Made by a program: the position numbers and the translations under genes. The notes under the pieces are model-generated. The model had not been told where the DNA came from, made no database searches, and saw nothing but the letters and a program-made list of their open reading frames with translations. DNA of 64,000 nucleotides from the human T2T-CHM13v2.0 reference genome, Homo sapiens. This document shows, one piece after another, positions 21,236-38,029 of the stretch. The stretch's first letter is position 1; the number at the start of each line of letters is the position of its first letter. The stretch lies in NCBI RefSeq assembly GCF_009914755.1, contig NC_060933.1; one strand, 5' to 3'.

Positions 21236-22353
21236 AACAATATTATTATGAATTCTAGGAACCTTTGCTTTGAGCTAATAGGAAACTCCCAACATTCCTT
21301 TGATTCAGGTTGTGGTTCAAACTCTTATTTTTATTCCAGGCTAGTTCAAACTCTATTTTTATTCCAGAACAGCAGACAAGCTAGTTTTTCTGTCTGGTGC
21401 ATATTCTGCCTGTTGCTGGTTTCATTAAGTAACAGGAGACTGTGCTCTCTTAGATAGGAGTCAACTAGATAGTAATGTTCCTTCAACAAGAAATAATGTC
21501 CCTTTCAAAATGTATAATGGCCATTGGCCAGAAGAGGTGGTGTGGCTTCATGATCTGCCAATGGCAAGCTCAAGGAGCTGCGTTGCTCATTTCTGTTGAG
21601 TTCCTGGGGCTCTTGCTGCAGAGCTGTGCCTTTTGTTGACCTCCTGTGCTGTTCACACGTGCTACAAATCTCAGGGCAGATCACAATGACAGAAGGCACA
21701 GGGCGAGAGGGAGAAGTGTGAACACTGCTCTGTATCACTATTTCAAATGAAGGTTGACACCCCAGAATGCAACAAAAGCCACTCACTCAAATGCCTACAC
21801 AGAGAATACAGGTAATAATATGTATGAGTTAAGTGGGCTGAGTGTAAGGGAAAAAAAAGCTCTACAGTGCAGGCAGAATAACAAATGTCAATTGATACTT
21901 GGACGCTGGGTATTAATAGGCGGTGGCGGAGGCTGTGTGAACTGAAGAACATATCCCATATAAAGGAGGCTCTCAGCTCTGTTACGTTTTACAAGAGAAC
22001 CTTGAAATGCAGGTTTTATTTATATAATGATAATACTAAGAAGAAGCACAAAAACACTTTGTAGGCAAACATTGAACTAGTATAAACATCTGTTTCCTTC
22101 AAATGACATGCGTGTCATCAATTTGCAACCTCTGCAACATGGGTCTTTGGGCCTATCCATTTCAACCTCTCACCCGCTGCAGGCATTCCCTCTCCAGTAT
22201 CCCTGTTGGAACACTTCCTGTGATGGGCTGGTCCCTTCTTCACCAGGCTCTGCATTCTATTATGTAAATGGTTATGTTTACTGAGTTGATGTTGTCTGTT
22301 TGGAATTTGCTGCAGTTTGTCCTCCTTTGATCCTTTGGAGAACTGAAGAGTAA

Positions 22354-22635
<282 letters not shown>

Positions 22636-23764
22636 TGAGCCACCGCGCCTGGCCAGACAGCCTGTTTTATATATGATGGCTTCCCTAGGAAGTAATTAAC
22701 AGTTGTCATGCCATACTTTCCCACTACCCCCAAGTCTTCCTTAAACTGTGTCGCCCATGACATAGTTTCTAGGCTTCAACTTGTCACTATCCAGTTCCTC
22801 ACCTCTAGAAGTGCTCCTTCAGAAACCTCATGGTCAGAACTGGAGGTGTGATGGCAGGGCAAACAAAGGCAGACATCTTGTAAATTTCTTCTCTGAGATG
22901 CTAAGCAATGGGGACATCTGCCCTGCCAAGTCACGTCTTCCCCCTTTGGCACATATTTTGGGGTAATTAGGGAATGGGGAGAGGAAAAATATCACTCTTG
23001 CAAAGCTATGTGGAAAAGTAGAACAATTTTACTGGGAAAGGCATTTGCTTCAAGCTGACGCATGGGGTTTTTTACAGATGCTGCATTTGTGTTTAACCTG
23101 GGACCTCGGATACTCTGAGGGCCACAAAGAGATACAGAAGCCCCCCCGGGAAGAGGAAGAAGTCAATCAGATTGGCTGTCTGGGAAGCCAGCAATGGGTG
23201 TCAGGCACTTTTGGGGAGCACAAGGAAGGTTGGGCAGAATCAAGCCTCCCTGAGGAAGGGAGAAGTATGAATAACTCACAACCAATGACCTTGAAAGGGT
23301 GGGAGAAGACGTGGGTTGGGAATGTCATTATGGTTCCCAAGGCCTGCAGAGCCCCCAACCCCTCTCCCCACCCTGTCCTCTCAGAACTTCTCACCTAAAC
23401 CAGTCTTAGGACTTGTAAGGGGTGGAAGTGATGCCCTGAGGTTATGGTTGGAGGCTGTCTATGGAGGTAGGGAGCACCTATATGCTTGGAGATGAGGCTT
23501 CCCCAGCTTTGAAGGATCTTACCTCTGGATGGAATTAGCAGTGGCTCCTTAGGGCTAAATGGCTATGACTGCATCCAGTGGGACTACATATAGGGATATA
23601 AATATGTGACCATATGCAATTTTTAAAACAAAAATATTGTCATTCTTTACCTATTTTTCTTCATTGCACCCCCTCCCCCTTAATATTATCTCATGGAGCT
23701 CTTTTCAAGTCAATAGATATTAGATTTGCCTTATTCCTTTTAACAGCTGAACGGTATTCCATAG

Positions 23765-24175
23765 TTTCACTCGCTTCCGTGTGAAGAGACCACCAAACAG
23801 GCTTTGTGTGAGCAATAAAGCTGTTTATTTCACCTGGGTGCAGGCGGGCTGAGTCCGAAAAGAGTCAGTGCAGGGAGATGGGGTGGGGCCGTTTTATAAT
23901 ATTTGGGTAGGTAAAGTAAAATTACAGTCAAAGGGGGGTTGTACTCTGGCGGGCAGGAGTGGAGGTCACAAGGTACTCAGTGGGGGAGCTTTTGAGCCAG
24001 GATGAGCCAGGAGAAGGAATTTCACAAGACAATGTCATCAGTTAAGGCAGGAATAGGCCATTTTCACTTCTTTTGTGGTGGAATGTCATCAGTTAAGGCA
24101 GGAACCGGCCATCTGGATGTGTACGTGCAGGTCACAGGGGATATGATGGCTTAGCTTGGGCTCAGAGGCCTGACA
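23765..24175 (-). mobile_element. Solo LTR7 (HERV-H), copy 1
   Basis: Full-length LTR with perfect 5-bp TSD CATAG (23760-23764 and 24176-24180); TATAAAA and AATAAA intact. Confidence 0.95.
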
Positions 24176-24481
24176 CATAGTATGACTGTATCTTCACATT
24201 CAGGTTATTTCTAATTGTTTCTAGTTATAAATAATGTTGCAAAGCCCATCTTTAAAAAAAAAAAAATAGCCGAGGTCTCACTATGTTGCCCAGGCTGGTC
24301 TTGTCTTGAACTTCTGGACTCAAGCAATCCTCCTCCCTCGGCCTCCTAAAGTTCTGGGATTACAGGCATAAGTCACTGCAACTGACCTCCAACATTATAC
24401 ATATATCTTTTTAGATATTTTCTAATATTAATATAGAATATAGAACTAAAGTGGAATCGTTGGGCCTAAGAGAATGCCCAC

Positions 24482-25262
24482 TGCTATGATTTGAATGTAT
24501 GTGTCCCTCCGCAATTCATTACATTGGAAACAATACCCAATGTGATAGTATTAAGAGATGGAGCCTTTGGGGAAGTGATTAATCATGAGCACACTGCCCT
24601 CATGAATGGGATTAGCGCTCTTACAGAAGAGGTTGAAGAGGGCACCCAGTCCCTTTTGTTCTTCTGCCATCTGCTACGTAAGGACTCACCAATAAGGCAC
24701 CATTTTGGAAGCAGAGGGCAAATCCTCCCTTGACACTGAAAGGGCCTTCATCAGTGGACTGACTTCCCAGCCTCCAGAACTGTGGGGAATAAATTTTTGT
24801 TAATCATAATTACCCAGTCTAAGATATTTTGTTATAGCAGCAGGAATGTTTCACGCGCATCCGTGTGAAGAGACCACCAAACAGGCTTTGTGTGAGCAAT
24901 AAAGCTTTTTAATTACCTGGGTGCAGGCGGGCTGAGTCCGAAAAGAGAGTCAGTGAAGGGAGATAGGGGTGGGGCCGTTTTATAGGATTTGGGTAGGTAG
25001 TGGAAATTACAGTCAAAGGGGGTTGTTCTCTGGCGGGCAGGGGCGGGGGACACAAGGTGCTCAGTTGGGGAGCTTTTGAGCCAGGATGAGCCAGGAGAAG
25101 GAATTTCACAAGGTAATGTCATCAGTTAAGGCAGGAGCAGGCCATTTTCACTTCTTTTGTGATTCTTCAGTTACTTCAGGCCATCTGGATGTATATGTGC
25201 AGGTCACAGGGGATATGATGCCTTAGCTTGGGCGCACAGGCCTGACAGAATGGACTAACATA
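24482..25262 (+). mobile_element. MST-type MaLR LTR interrupted by solo LTR7
   Basis: Starts TGCTATGATTTGAATGT, has CCAGCCTCCAGAACTGTG...AATAAATT, and its GGACTAA end resumes after the LTR7. Confidence 0.75.
24849..25247 (-). mobile_element. Solo LTR7-family LTR, copy 2 (different U3 variant), nested in the end of an MST LTR
   Basis: Perfect TSD GAATG (24844-24848 and 25248-25252). U3 carries a GAAGTAACTGAAGAATCAC block in place of the first CCTTAACTGATGACATT repeat; poly(A) signal is ATTAAA. Confidence 0.93.
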
Positions 25263-25279
25263 CCCACTTATATTTTAAT

Positions 25280-28455
<3,176 letters not shown>

Positions 28456-31349
28456 CCACAAAAAGTAAAGAGTCTCTGGATGTTTAAAAAAAAAAAAAAA
28501 GTGCACTCTTCCCAGGCAGGCACTTGAGGTTTCTGTGACTTGGGGCAGGGAGGGAGGTGATGAGGTTTGCTCTCCCATTCTCTATTTTCTCTGAGATATC
28601 AGGGAAAGGAGGCAAGAGAGGGGAGAGGTATCAGAACACTGCTTTCTGTGACTCCTTGCGTGAGGTTACAGTCTTCTTTCTGCTGGCATCACTTCTTTTG
28701 TTCCTATCTGGCTGTCTGTTCCTCTGCCAGGCAGGTGTCTGAGTGCTGGCTTTCCAGTGGGTCCTTCTGACACAATCCTCTGGTGAGCAAGTTCTGACTG
28801 AACTTCATCCATCTACTTTTTTCCTCAGCCTCTTAGGATGATGAAATTCTCCCAACCTTCCTCAGTGCCCACACAACCCATGGAAAACCCACATCTCCTT
28901 GCCAAGCCACCCTGTGGGAATGCCACTGGCTACCCTAGTCTTCCTCTCTTCCGCTCAGCCCTCTCTCGACCTGCCAGCAACACTGGCCTGGGCATTGGGC
29001 AGTTCAATGGCGCTGAAGTTTTCAGATGAAAGGCATTGCCAGTCCCTTACTTGGTGAAGGGGAAAGGGTCTGGAGGAATACTTAAGCTACCCCCGATCTT
29101 ATGGAGGGAGGGGAACTTATTTAAGCCTTCCCGGCTCCCCCATGGGATGAGAAGAGATGGCTGCTGCTCATGAATTCTGCTCTCACTTGCCTCCTCTTCT
29201 TCCCTGTGGTGGGGGTGACTTGTGAGAGAAAGTGGATGCTGGAGCGCTGGTTCTGCAGAAGTCCTGTGAAATTATGACTTCCAGCAGCTCCTGCATGGAG
29301 ATACCGGCCCACATCTGAAGGTCCTTTGAACTCAGAATGGAAGCTCTAAAATCAAATCCAAGACTACTTGGCTTTTGCACTACTGAGTTTGAATTAACCC
29401 CAGGTGGTCTTCTCCACGCTTAGTGAGAAGATGGTGGCCTGCAGCTGCTTCTCCTCCCTCCACCCTTTACCTGAGCGGTGGAAATGACTTGAGCTTTTAG
29501 AGATGTGCGTGGGACACTTTCTCTAATTTTCAGAGACCATCTAGATAGAATAATCTTTATGGAAGAGGATATGGATTTGCTCTGATTGGTTGGGCCATTG
29601 TAGCAAGAATTAAAGAGAGAGGAGTTGAATGTGCAGGTTTCTGACACTACTCCAATCTCAAAACTTTCCCTCCCTCCCTCCTCCTTTCTTCCCTCCCCAC
29701 TTTCTTCCCTTTTTTCTTCTCAGTCCATTTTCTCGTCGTTTGTCTGTAATCTCTTATTTCACAGAAAAAACTCAGAACTGGCTTTTCTTTGCAGATGGGG
29801 TGAACACCTTCCATCTTGCCTCCCCTGCCCTGAGATGCTGGCAGAGTCCTTCTGCTAGATCCTGGAGGCCTGGTTGAGTGGCCCAGGGTGAAGATCTGGG
29901 ATGGGGGCATCTAGTCAATGGGCAACTTGGGCATAGGATTTTGTGTCTGCATAGGTTCTTCTCTGCTGTGGCAGAGCTGCCAGCCTCTAGCCCTGAGTGA
30001 ATCGGCATCCTTCCTGATGTGGAGGTCGCCCTACCTCTTCAGTTAGTTTTGACCAACTCCCCACCTCCACCTCCACTCCCATCGAGGGGCTGGTGCCTTC
30101 AGAGCTGTGGCCACCACAGCCATGGCAGGTGTCTGTTGTCATAGCCGCCCAGGAGCTCTGGTACTGCCATCATCATTGCCACTGTCACTGTTGCTCAACA
30201 TGGAGCTGCCCCTGCTCCCCCAGGCTCCCTTGCCCTCAAAACCAGGTGTCCCTGAGGCCCAGAATCTCCCAGGGGCTGGTTTATGAGTCAACCTGAGGAG
30301 CCCAGGGGCCTGGAGTGTATCTCCCAGCGTTGCTCTGAGCCACTGGCTTGCTCATGGTCACATTGCCTGGGCCAGAGGCTCTCAGACTGGGGCCTAGAGC
30401 CTCAGATGATGCCCTTGGTGAATCTTGGGGGTCTGCAAATCTTCTATAAACTGAAAACAAGAGGGATTTTTATTTCAAGATAATCTTTAAAAAAAGCATA
30501 TCCTGGGTCATCTGAATCCAGCTAATTGTGACTAGGGTTTAAAGAAGTGGTAAAGGTGGTCTACTCTGGATCGGGCTGCTGTGTTCAAATTGTGACTCAC
30601 TCCACATCCCAGCTGTGTGACCCAGGACAGCACTCACCCGCTGTGCCTGAGTGCCTTTAGCTGCAGAAGGGTGGTAATGATCGGTTCTGCGCTGGGGTCC
30701 CTGTGAGAGCTAAATGAGATTATGCTTGCAAAGCACTTAGCCTGGGGCTTAATGGGCATCTGCACTCAATCACGACTCCAATTGTGTGTATTATCAGATG
30801 GCCCCACTATTGTCAATGGCTCATGAGAGAAAACAAACAAAGGTGGCCTTAATAGGGAAGTGATATGTTAGAGTCCAGGGACAGCCCAGTGATATTGCAG
30901 CATGCTGAATAAATGAAGTTTTCACAGAAGTTTAAATAAAGAAAAGCAGTGTGATAATTGAGCCATCACACCAGGCTGGCTGAAGTCACAGGAACATGCC
31001 CGGCAGCAGTCAGAGCTGTGCTCGTGTGGTGAGCTGCCACTTATTTTTCGGCAAAACCTCATCTATCCCATTCCATCCATGTTGTTAACATGATTTTTAT
31101 TGGCTTTGCTATTTTGTTTGGATTTTATATGAATGCTGTAAGCCTAAGCTTATATCTGGTTTGAGCACATTTCATAATTTAAGTCAACACAGTTTGAAAA
31201 GGTGTCCATATGTCTCTCTCTCTTTCCGCTTTCTTTCAACAGGGTCTCACTCTTTTGCTCAAGCTGGAGTGTAGTGGTGCAATCAGAGCTCACTGCAGTA
31301 ACTTTCTTTATAAAAACAATTTAACTCAACACTAAAAAGGTGTCCATAT

Positions 31350-31517
31350 GTCTCTTTTCTTTCTTCTCTTTCTTTTCCTTCCTTCCTTCTTTCTTTCCTT
31401 TTTTCTTTCCTTCCTTTCTTTCTCTCTCTCTCCTTCCCTTCCTTCCTTCCTCTTTCCTTCCTTCCTGTCTCTCTTCCTTCTCTCTTTCTTTTTTTCCTTA
31501 CTTCCTTCTTTCTTTTG
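31350..31517. repeat. (CTTT/CCTT)n polypyrimidine microsatellite derived from an AluJ tail
   Basis: About 165 bp of almost pure C/T adjoining an antisense Alu that ends at ~31793. Confidence 0.85.
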
Positions 31518-31665
31518 ACCTGGTCTCACTTTGTGGCCCAGGCTGCAGTACAGGGGCACAATCATAACTTACTGCAACCTTGAACTCCTGGGCTCAAGCA
31601 ATCTTCCTACCTCTGCCTCCCAAGTAGCTAGGACTACAGGCATGCCACCAAGCCCAGATAATTAA

Positions 31666-31815
<150 letters not shown>

Positions 31816-32379
31816 TGAGAAACACTGTTTTGGGTCTTTTCCATTGGAATTCAGATGGAGAGAAATCAGATGTATCTTCTCTCTCACAAAAACCCTAACT
31901 TCACAATAGTACCAGACTTCTCCAGTTACAGACGTGGTGGACTAGGGTAGCCAAGAACAGCCACAACCTTGGAGAACAAAGATGGCCGAGCTAATAGCAC
32001 TTCAACACTGCCAGAGCCTCCAGGCTGGCAGCTTCTCCTATGTCATGTCATTCCTAAAGCTTTGAGTGTGGAGATTGTTTTGCCATCCAGTTGACCATTT
32101 TATTGCTGGTCTTATTTTCTAGTATTTCTACTGTTGTATTCAGGATGTTTGAGATTTATGGCTCTATGGGATGACATGTTTCCTATTGCTTATGTAACTT
32201 AGATGGAAAGTAAGGGTGACTATGCCCTGTGAGATCTAGATGTGATTAATCCTAACTTTCTATTCCCTCCATACTTGGCTCTGGAAAAGACCAGTGCTTC
32301 TTCAATGCTTCTGTGAATTTTGGGAGAGCTTATGGGCTCATGGTCACCTCTTGCTCCAAATTCCCACTGATGCAAAGAG

Positions 32380-32873
<494 letters not shown>

Positions 32874-33067
32874 TAAACATAGAATTTGCTGTTTTTCTTT
32901 ATTTCCACTAAAACTCACAAAGCTTTTACTTGTATAGTAAATGTAACCAAAGGTTTAGGGACATTTTGCAGGAGGGAGTGAAATAAAGGGAAGACAGAGG
33001 CTTTTACTTCATGCAACACAAATGACTTAAAATCAAATATTCAACATCCCTATTCTTTTTTTTTTGA

Positions 33068-33172
<105 letters not shown>

Positions 33173-34085
33173 TGAGTAGCTGGGGTTACAGGCGTGTGCC
33201 ACCATGCCTGGCTAATTTTTTGTATTTTTAGTAGATACGGGGTTTCATCATGTTCGCCAGGCTAGTTGCGAACTCCTGACCTCAGGTGATTCACCCGCCT
33301 CAGCCTCCCAAAGTGCTGGGGTTACAGGCATGAGCCACCGCACCTGGCTGACATCCCTATTCTTAAAAGCTTTTTAGCCACACTGTCCTGTTATTTATCA
33401 CCCACTCCTTTCATTTTTCTCTCCTTCTAACCCCAAACTTCTAGTTCTTTTTCTAACAGAATTGTTCTGCTGTCTCTCTTTTAGCCTTGTCTTTAGAATC
33501 TCACCTTGCCCCTAACACAGCATGTCAGGATGTTTTCCCTAATGACATTCTTCCTAGATGCAGTCTGTTGTGAGGAGACTAGGCTGTTGGCTGCCCCATT
33601 GTACCTACTAAAGCTGCTCATTTTACATTCCTCCTGTCTGGGAGTAGCACAAATATAAGCTTAGTGTTCACAAGGCACTTTCCCCTACATGAGCCTCTTT
33701 GACTGTCAGAGAAGCTCTGAGCGAGGTATCATGTCCATTTTACAGATGAGGGATCAGAAGCTCAGAGAGGTGGAATCATTCAAAGCCATGCAGCCAGGTA
33801 AGTGAAGGTGTACAAATGTGCACCCAGGCCTGATGATTTTTCAGATGTAACTCACATCATCACACACAGACAGGATGCGTGCTGTCTGATCACGCAGCAG
33901 TCTGAAGTCACATGGATTCCATGACAGGTGATTAACACACAACAACTTAGTTGTCCTTGGTGCAGCCACAGCAGCCCCTGCAGGTGCATGCATTCTACAG
34001 AATTGGGCTGCTAGTTCTCTCCCTCTCCCCTCCTCTTCTTTCTCTCTTTTGCTGGCTAGCTTTTACTCATTTTCAGGTCTAGGTA

Positions 34086-34605
34086 TAGGACTGGCTACAT
34101 AATTTGTGGGCTCCAGTATGAAATTAAAGTGCTAAGCCCTGGGCCGCGTACAGTGGTTCGTGCCTGTAATGCCAGCACTTTGGGATGCTGAGGTGGGAGG
34201 ACTGCTTGAGCCCAGGTGATCGGGACCAGCCTGGGCAACATAAATTTTTTTAAATATTTTATTTTTTAGAGAGATCTCATCTCTCTAAACAATAAAAAAT
34301 TAGCCAGGCATGGTGTTGCATGCCTGTAGTACCAGCTACTCGTAGGCTGAGTGGGGAGGATTGCTCGAGCCCAGGAGGTCAAGGCTGCAGTGAGCTGTGA
34401 TCATGCCACTGTACTCCAGCCTGGACAACAGAGTGAGACATTGTCTCAAAAATAAACAAGTCAATAAAAAATAAAAATAAAATAAAATTCTAAGCCCCCT
34501 TTTCAAAAGTTATTTAGAATTTCAAAATAGTTACAGCAGAGCATTAAGTCGAACATGAGGCCCTTTAAAAACTGTATAGGTTGCAAACCCCCAAAACTAG
34601 CCCTG
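34086..34605 (-). mobile_element. MER45A-like hAT element with an AluJ inserted (34142-34490)
   Basis: GGACTGGCTACATAATTTGTGGG start and ...CAGCAGAGCATTAA...CTAGCCCTG end resemble the recalled MER45A consensus. Confidence 0.65.
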
Positions 34606-37600
34606 TTTGGAGGCTATGGCCCCCAGGAGGCATGTCCATTCTGGAGCAGGTGCTTATCACAGGCTATTGTCATTTCTTCATTAAGCATCTGTCTTCCTAT
34701 TAGTGTGTGAGCTTCTTGAGACCTATATCCTACTCACTGTTCACCTGGCACCTAGCACAGGCCTTGGCAAAGATCAGGGGCTCGGTGGATGCCCCATTGA
34801 GGGTCTGGGGCTCCTGAAGGTGGGACCTGGAGGAACCAGACAGTGAATTGTCATCTCTGGGCAGGACCCACTCAGGACCACGGACAGGGCAGACCAAGTA
34901 TGATGGAGTTAGCCCCTGGGATTTGCCAGGGGTTTCAGATGTGGGGTGGAGGCAGAGGAGGGACCAATTTTCTCTTCCAGAGAGTGTGTTAATCATTTAC
35001 TGTCCAGTACCTACAAACCCTGCTCCTCAAGGCTAAGTAAGGGGTGACAAGCTAAGGGGGTAGGGGACAGGCAGGTGACAAGTGCTGGGCACGCAGCTTG
35101 GTGCCAGCCCTCCGGCCCTCAGCCTGGCTCCTTGACCCTTCTTTAGCCTCCTGAGGCTTCTTAGCCCCATCTTCCCTTTGGGTATCCTTACCCACCTCCC
35201 TGTTCAGCAGCGTGTGTGAGGCCAGGGAAATATCTCCTGCATGTCTCCTTAATACCAGGAGGGTTTCAGACAACAGTGAACCCCTCGTGGAGCCCCTCTG
35301 CATCCCACAGATTTCTTTTGGTTCTAAGTGACAGAAACCCAACTCTATGTAAGCAGAAAAGGGTATGTATTAGTTTAAAACCTACAAGCTCAAGGATGGA
35401 TGTATTTTTAGGTATCACTGGTCCTTGAGCCTAAATGATGCAATGAGAGCTCAGTTTCCCTCTTTTCATTGCTCTCCACGTGGAGGGCAAGATTTCAAAC
35501 TTCTTAAAAACGGCAGGGGAAAGCTTTGACTGGCTGGGCTTGGTTAATGAGCATATCCCTGAGCCAATCCTGTGTCCAGCAGTGGAAGCAAGGGCGGCCC
35601 TCCAGATTTTCTCTCTTCTGCTTTCCCCCAAAAGTAGGGCAGTGCTTTCAGAGGAGCTGCAGGAAGGCAGATGTGGTTGCTGGACAGGCAGAGGTGCTGA
35701 TGGCCGCCAGTCTGCTTTTTGCAATCTACCCAGTACCACCTCCTCTCCCTGGCACTGGCTTCTAGGCCTGTGGATCCTGATCCTTGTAGAGAAGAAATTG
35801 CTGAGCACAGGAAACTGCCTGGAAGGGCAGGCCTCGGCTGGTGCCCCAGGCTTAATGTTTTCAGAAACCTCTCCCCTTCTTCCCTCAGAGTGGACCCCAG
35901 TGTTGTCTCCACACCCCAGGGTGAGGAGACCCCCAGGCAGAGCTTTCTAAGAGGGCTTCAACTCCAGAAAGCCTGTCTTTGAGGTTGGGAAACACTCTTT
36001 TATTTTTAACTCAGAAATGACCCAGTCATAACAAAAGGAAGACAGAATGCTTTTGAAGAAGAATGAAGAGGAATGAAGTGCACCATTGCTGTCTGGGCTT
36101 TTCCTGCTTATGGCCAAGCAAGGCATCACTTCAGTGATGTGACAAGGAGCATCTTCAACACTTGGGTCATTTCTCTCTTTCAGACGTGCTAAGAGGAAAG
36201 ACCAAATGTTGTCTTGGCTGACTCCATATTTAGTGAGGCTATGTAAAGATTTCTCAGTCTGTGGTAGCTGAGAAATTGCTCTATGGGGCAGCGTCTCACC
36301 GCTGTGGTCGTACTACCTATGGCAGAACAGGTGTGGGAAGTGGACTGAGAAGAGCCAAGTCTCAAAACCAGGACATCTGGGTTCCATGCTGGCCCTCTCG
36401 TGACCTTCTGGTTGACCTTGGCTCCAGTTGCTGGGCCTCCGTTTCCCCAACTGTACTAGGAGGGGCTGGGTGAGATGACCGCTGCCACCTTTCTCTGCTC
36501 TAATTTCTGTGAGTCAGGGTCAGGTAGAGAAGGAAGACCAGCTAAGATTCTGGTTGTTCCTGCCTTTGCCACAGCCTTATTAGGTGGCCTTGGGTACGTA
36601 TTCTTCATGTTGGGCCTGTTTCCCATCCTTGAACAACCCACATCCCGTAGGATGGCTGTATGAGCAGTGGTGTGGAGCAGCAGGCACAGAGCAGGGGTCT
36701 CCTGGGCCAGGATTCAGAGAGCCTGCTCCTTGGGAGCCTCCACGTTGAGGATCCCATGTCCCGGAAAACTCCAGGCTGGGACTAGCCCTCCAGTGGAGTC
36801 TGTGAGTCCAGTGCACCCATTTCTAGGACTGCACCCAGTCACATGAACCTCGGGCCTCCCCAGCCTGCTGTGGCCACCTCTGCTTTTACTCTGCCTTCTA
36901 GACCCAGCAACCAGTGTGGACAAGCCTCTGTCAAAATGTTCAATTATGAAAAGCCTCGTTGAAGCCCATTCTGAGCTACAGGGAGGAACTGCTGCCCAGT
37001 GGAACGTCATGGAAGCAGACATGAGTCCCATCGTCAGGGAGCTCAGGGTCCGGAATGGGGAGGGGACAGCGTGGGCATGTATGCAGTGCTGTAGAGAGGG
37101 GGAATGTCCTCAGTCCAGAGCTAGGAAGAGAAGATCCCATTGAAGGGGATCTAGTCGGAGCTGCCGGCTGAGGCTCAGCACCCTGGAGAAGTAAAACAGA
37201 CTTTGGGGTGGCTCCATAGGCTCCGGGGGGTGGGATGATGAGGCTAGAAAGGAGCATGGGGCCAAATCTCGACAGGCTGGCAAGGCCCCGAAGGGGAGTT
37301 GGGGCTGGAGAGGTTGTGGGTTTTCCATATTATTTAAGAATCTTGGGATTGCAAGTGATGGGAACCCAACTTGAACTAACCTCGGCAAAAAGGGCAATGT
37401 ATCAGAAGAACAGAGAATCCAAGGAAGTCCTGAACAACTGAGCAGGTGAGGAGGGCCCAGAGTGCCTTCAAACCTCCTGAAAACAGCTGGCAGAAACCCT
37501 GGGAAGTGCTCTGATTGGCTGGTCCTGGATAATGAGCATATTCCTGAACCAATCACTGTGTCCGGGGGTGGGAGCAAGGATGGTGGGAGCAAGATTCCCT

Positions 37601-38029
37601 TCCAATAGGTCCCCTTCCTTACCCCAAAATCAGGGCTGTGCTTTCAGAGGAGCGCAGGAAGGGACCGCTAACCAGGTACTCAGACACCATCAGAACTCAG
37701 CTGTTGGTCCTGATTGTCTCTCTGTTGGCTCCATTTTTTTTTTTTTCTGTTTCATCGCAGACTAAATTTCTCTACATGGAGGAATCCTGAGGAAGTGATT
37801 TACCGGCCCAGCCTAGGTCAAATTCCCACCCTCGAATTAATCAGCTGTGGCCAGAAGTTGGGGTCACCTGGTAACAGGGCTGCTTTGCCGCTGTCAGCAG
37901 GAGGCTGGGATGGGCAGTTTATGAAGGAAGGGACAATGCTGAGCAGGCAACCCCAGAATTGTCCCCTGAGTTTCTAAGCGGAGGAATATGGCCCGATCTG
38001 ACCTGCATTTTGGGATGAGTAGGCATTAA

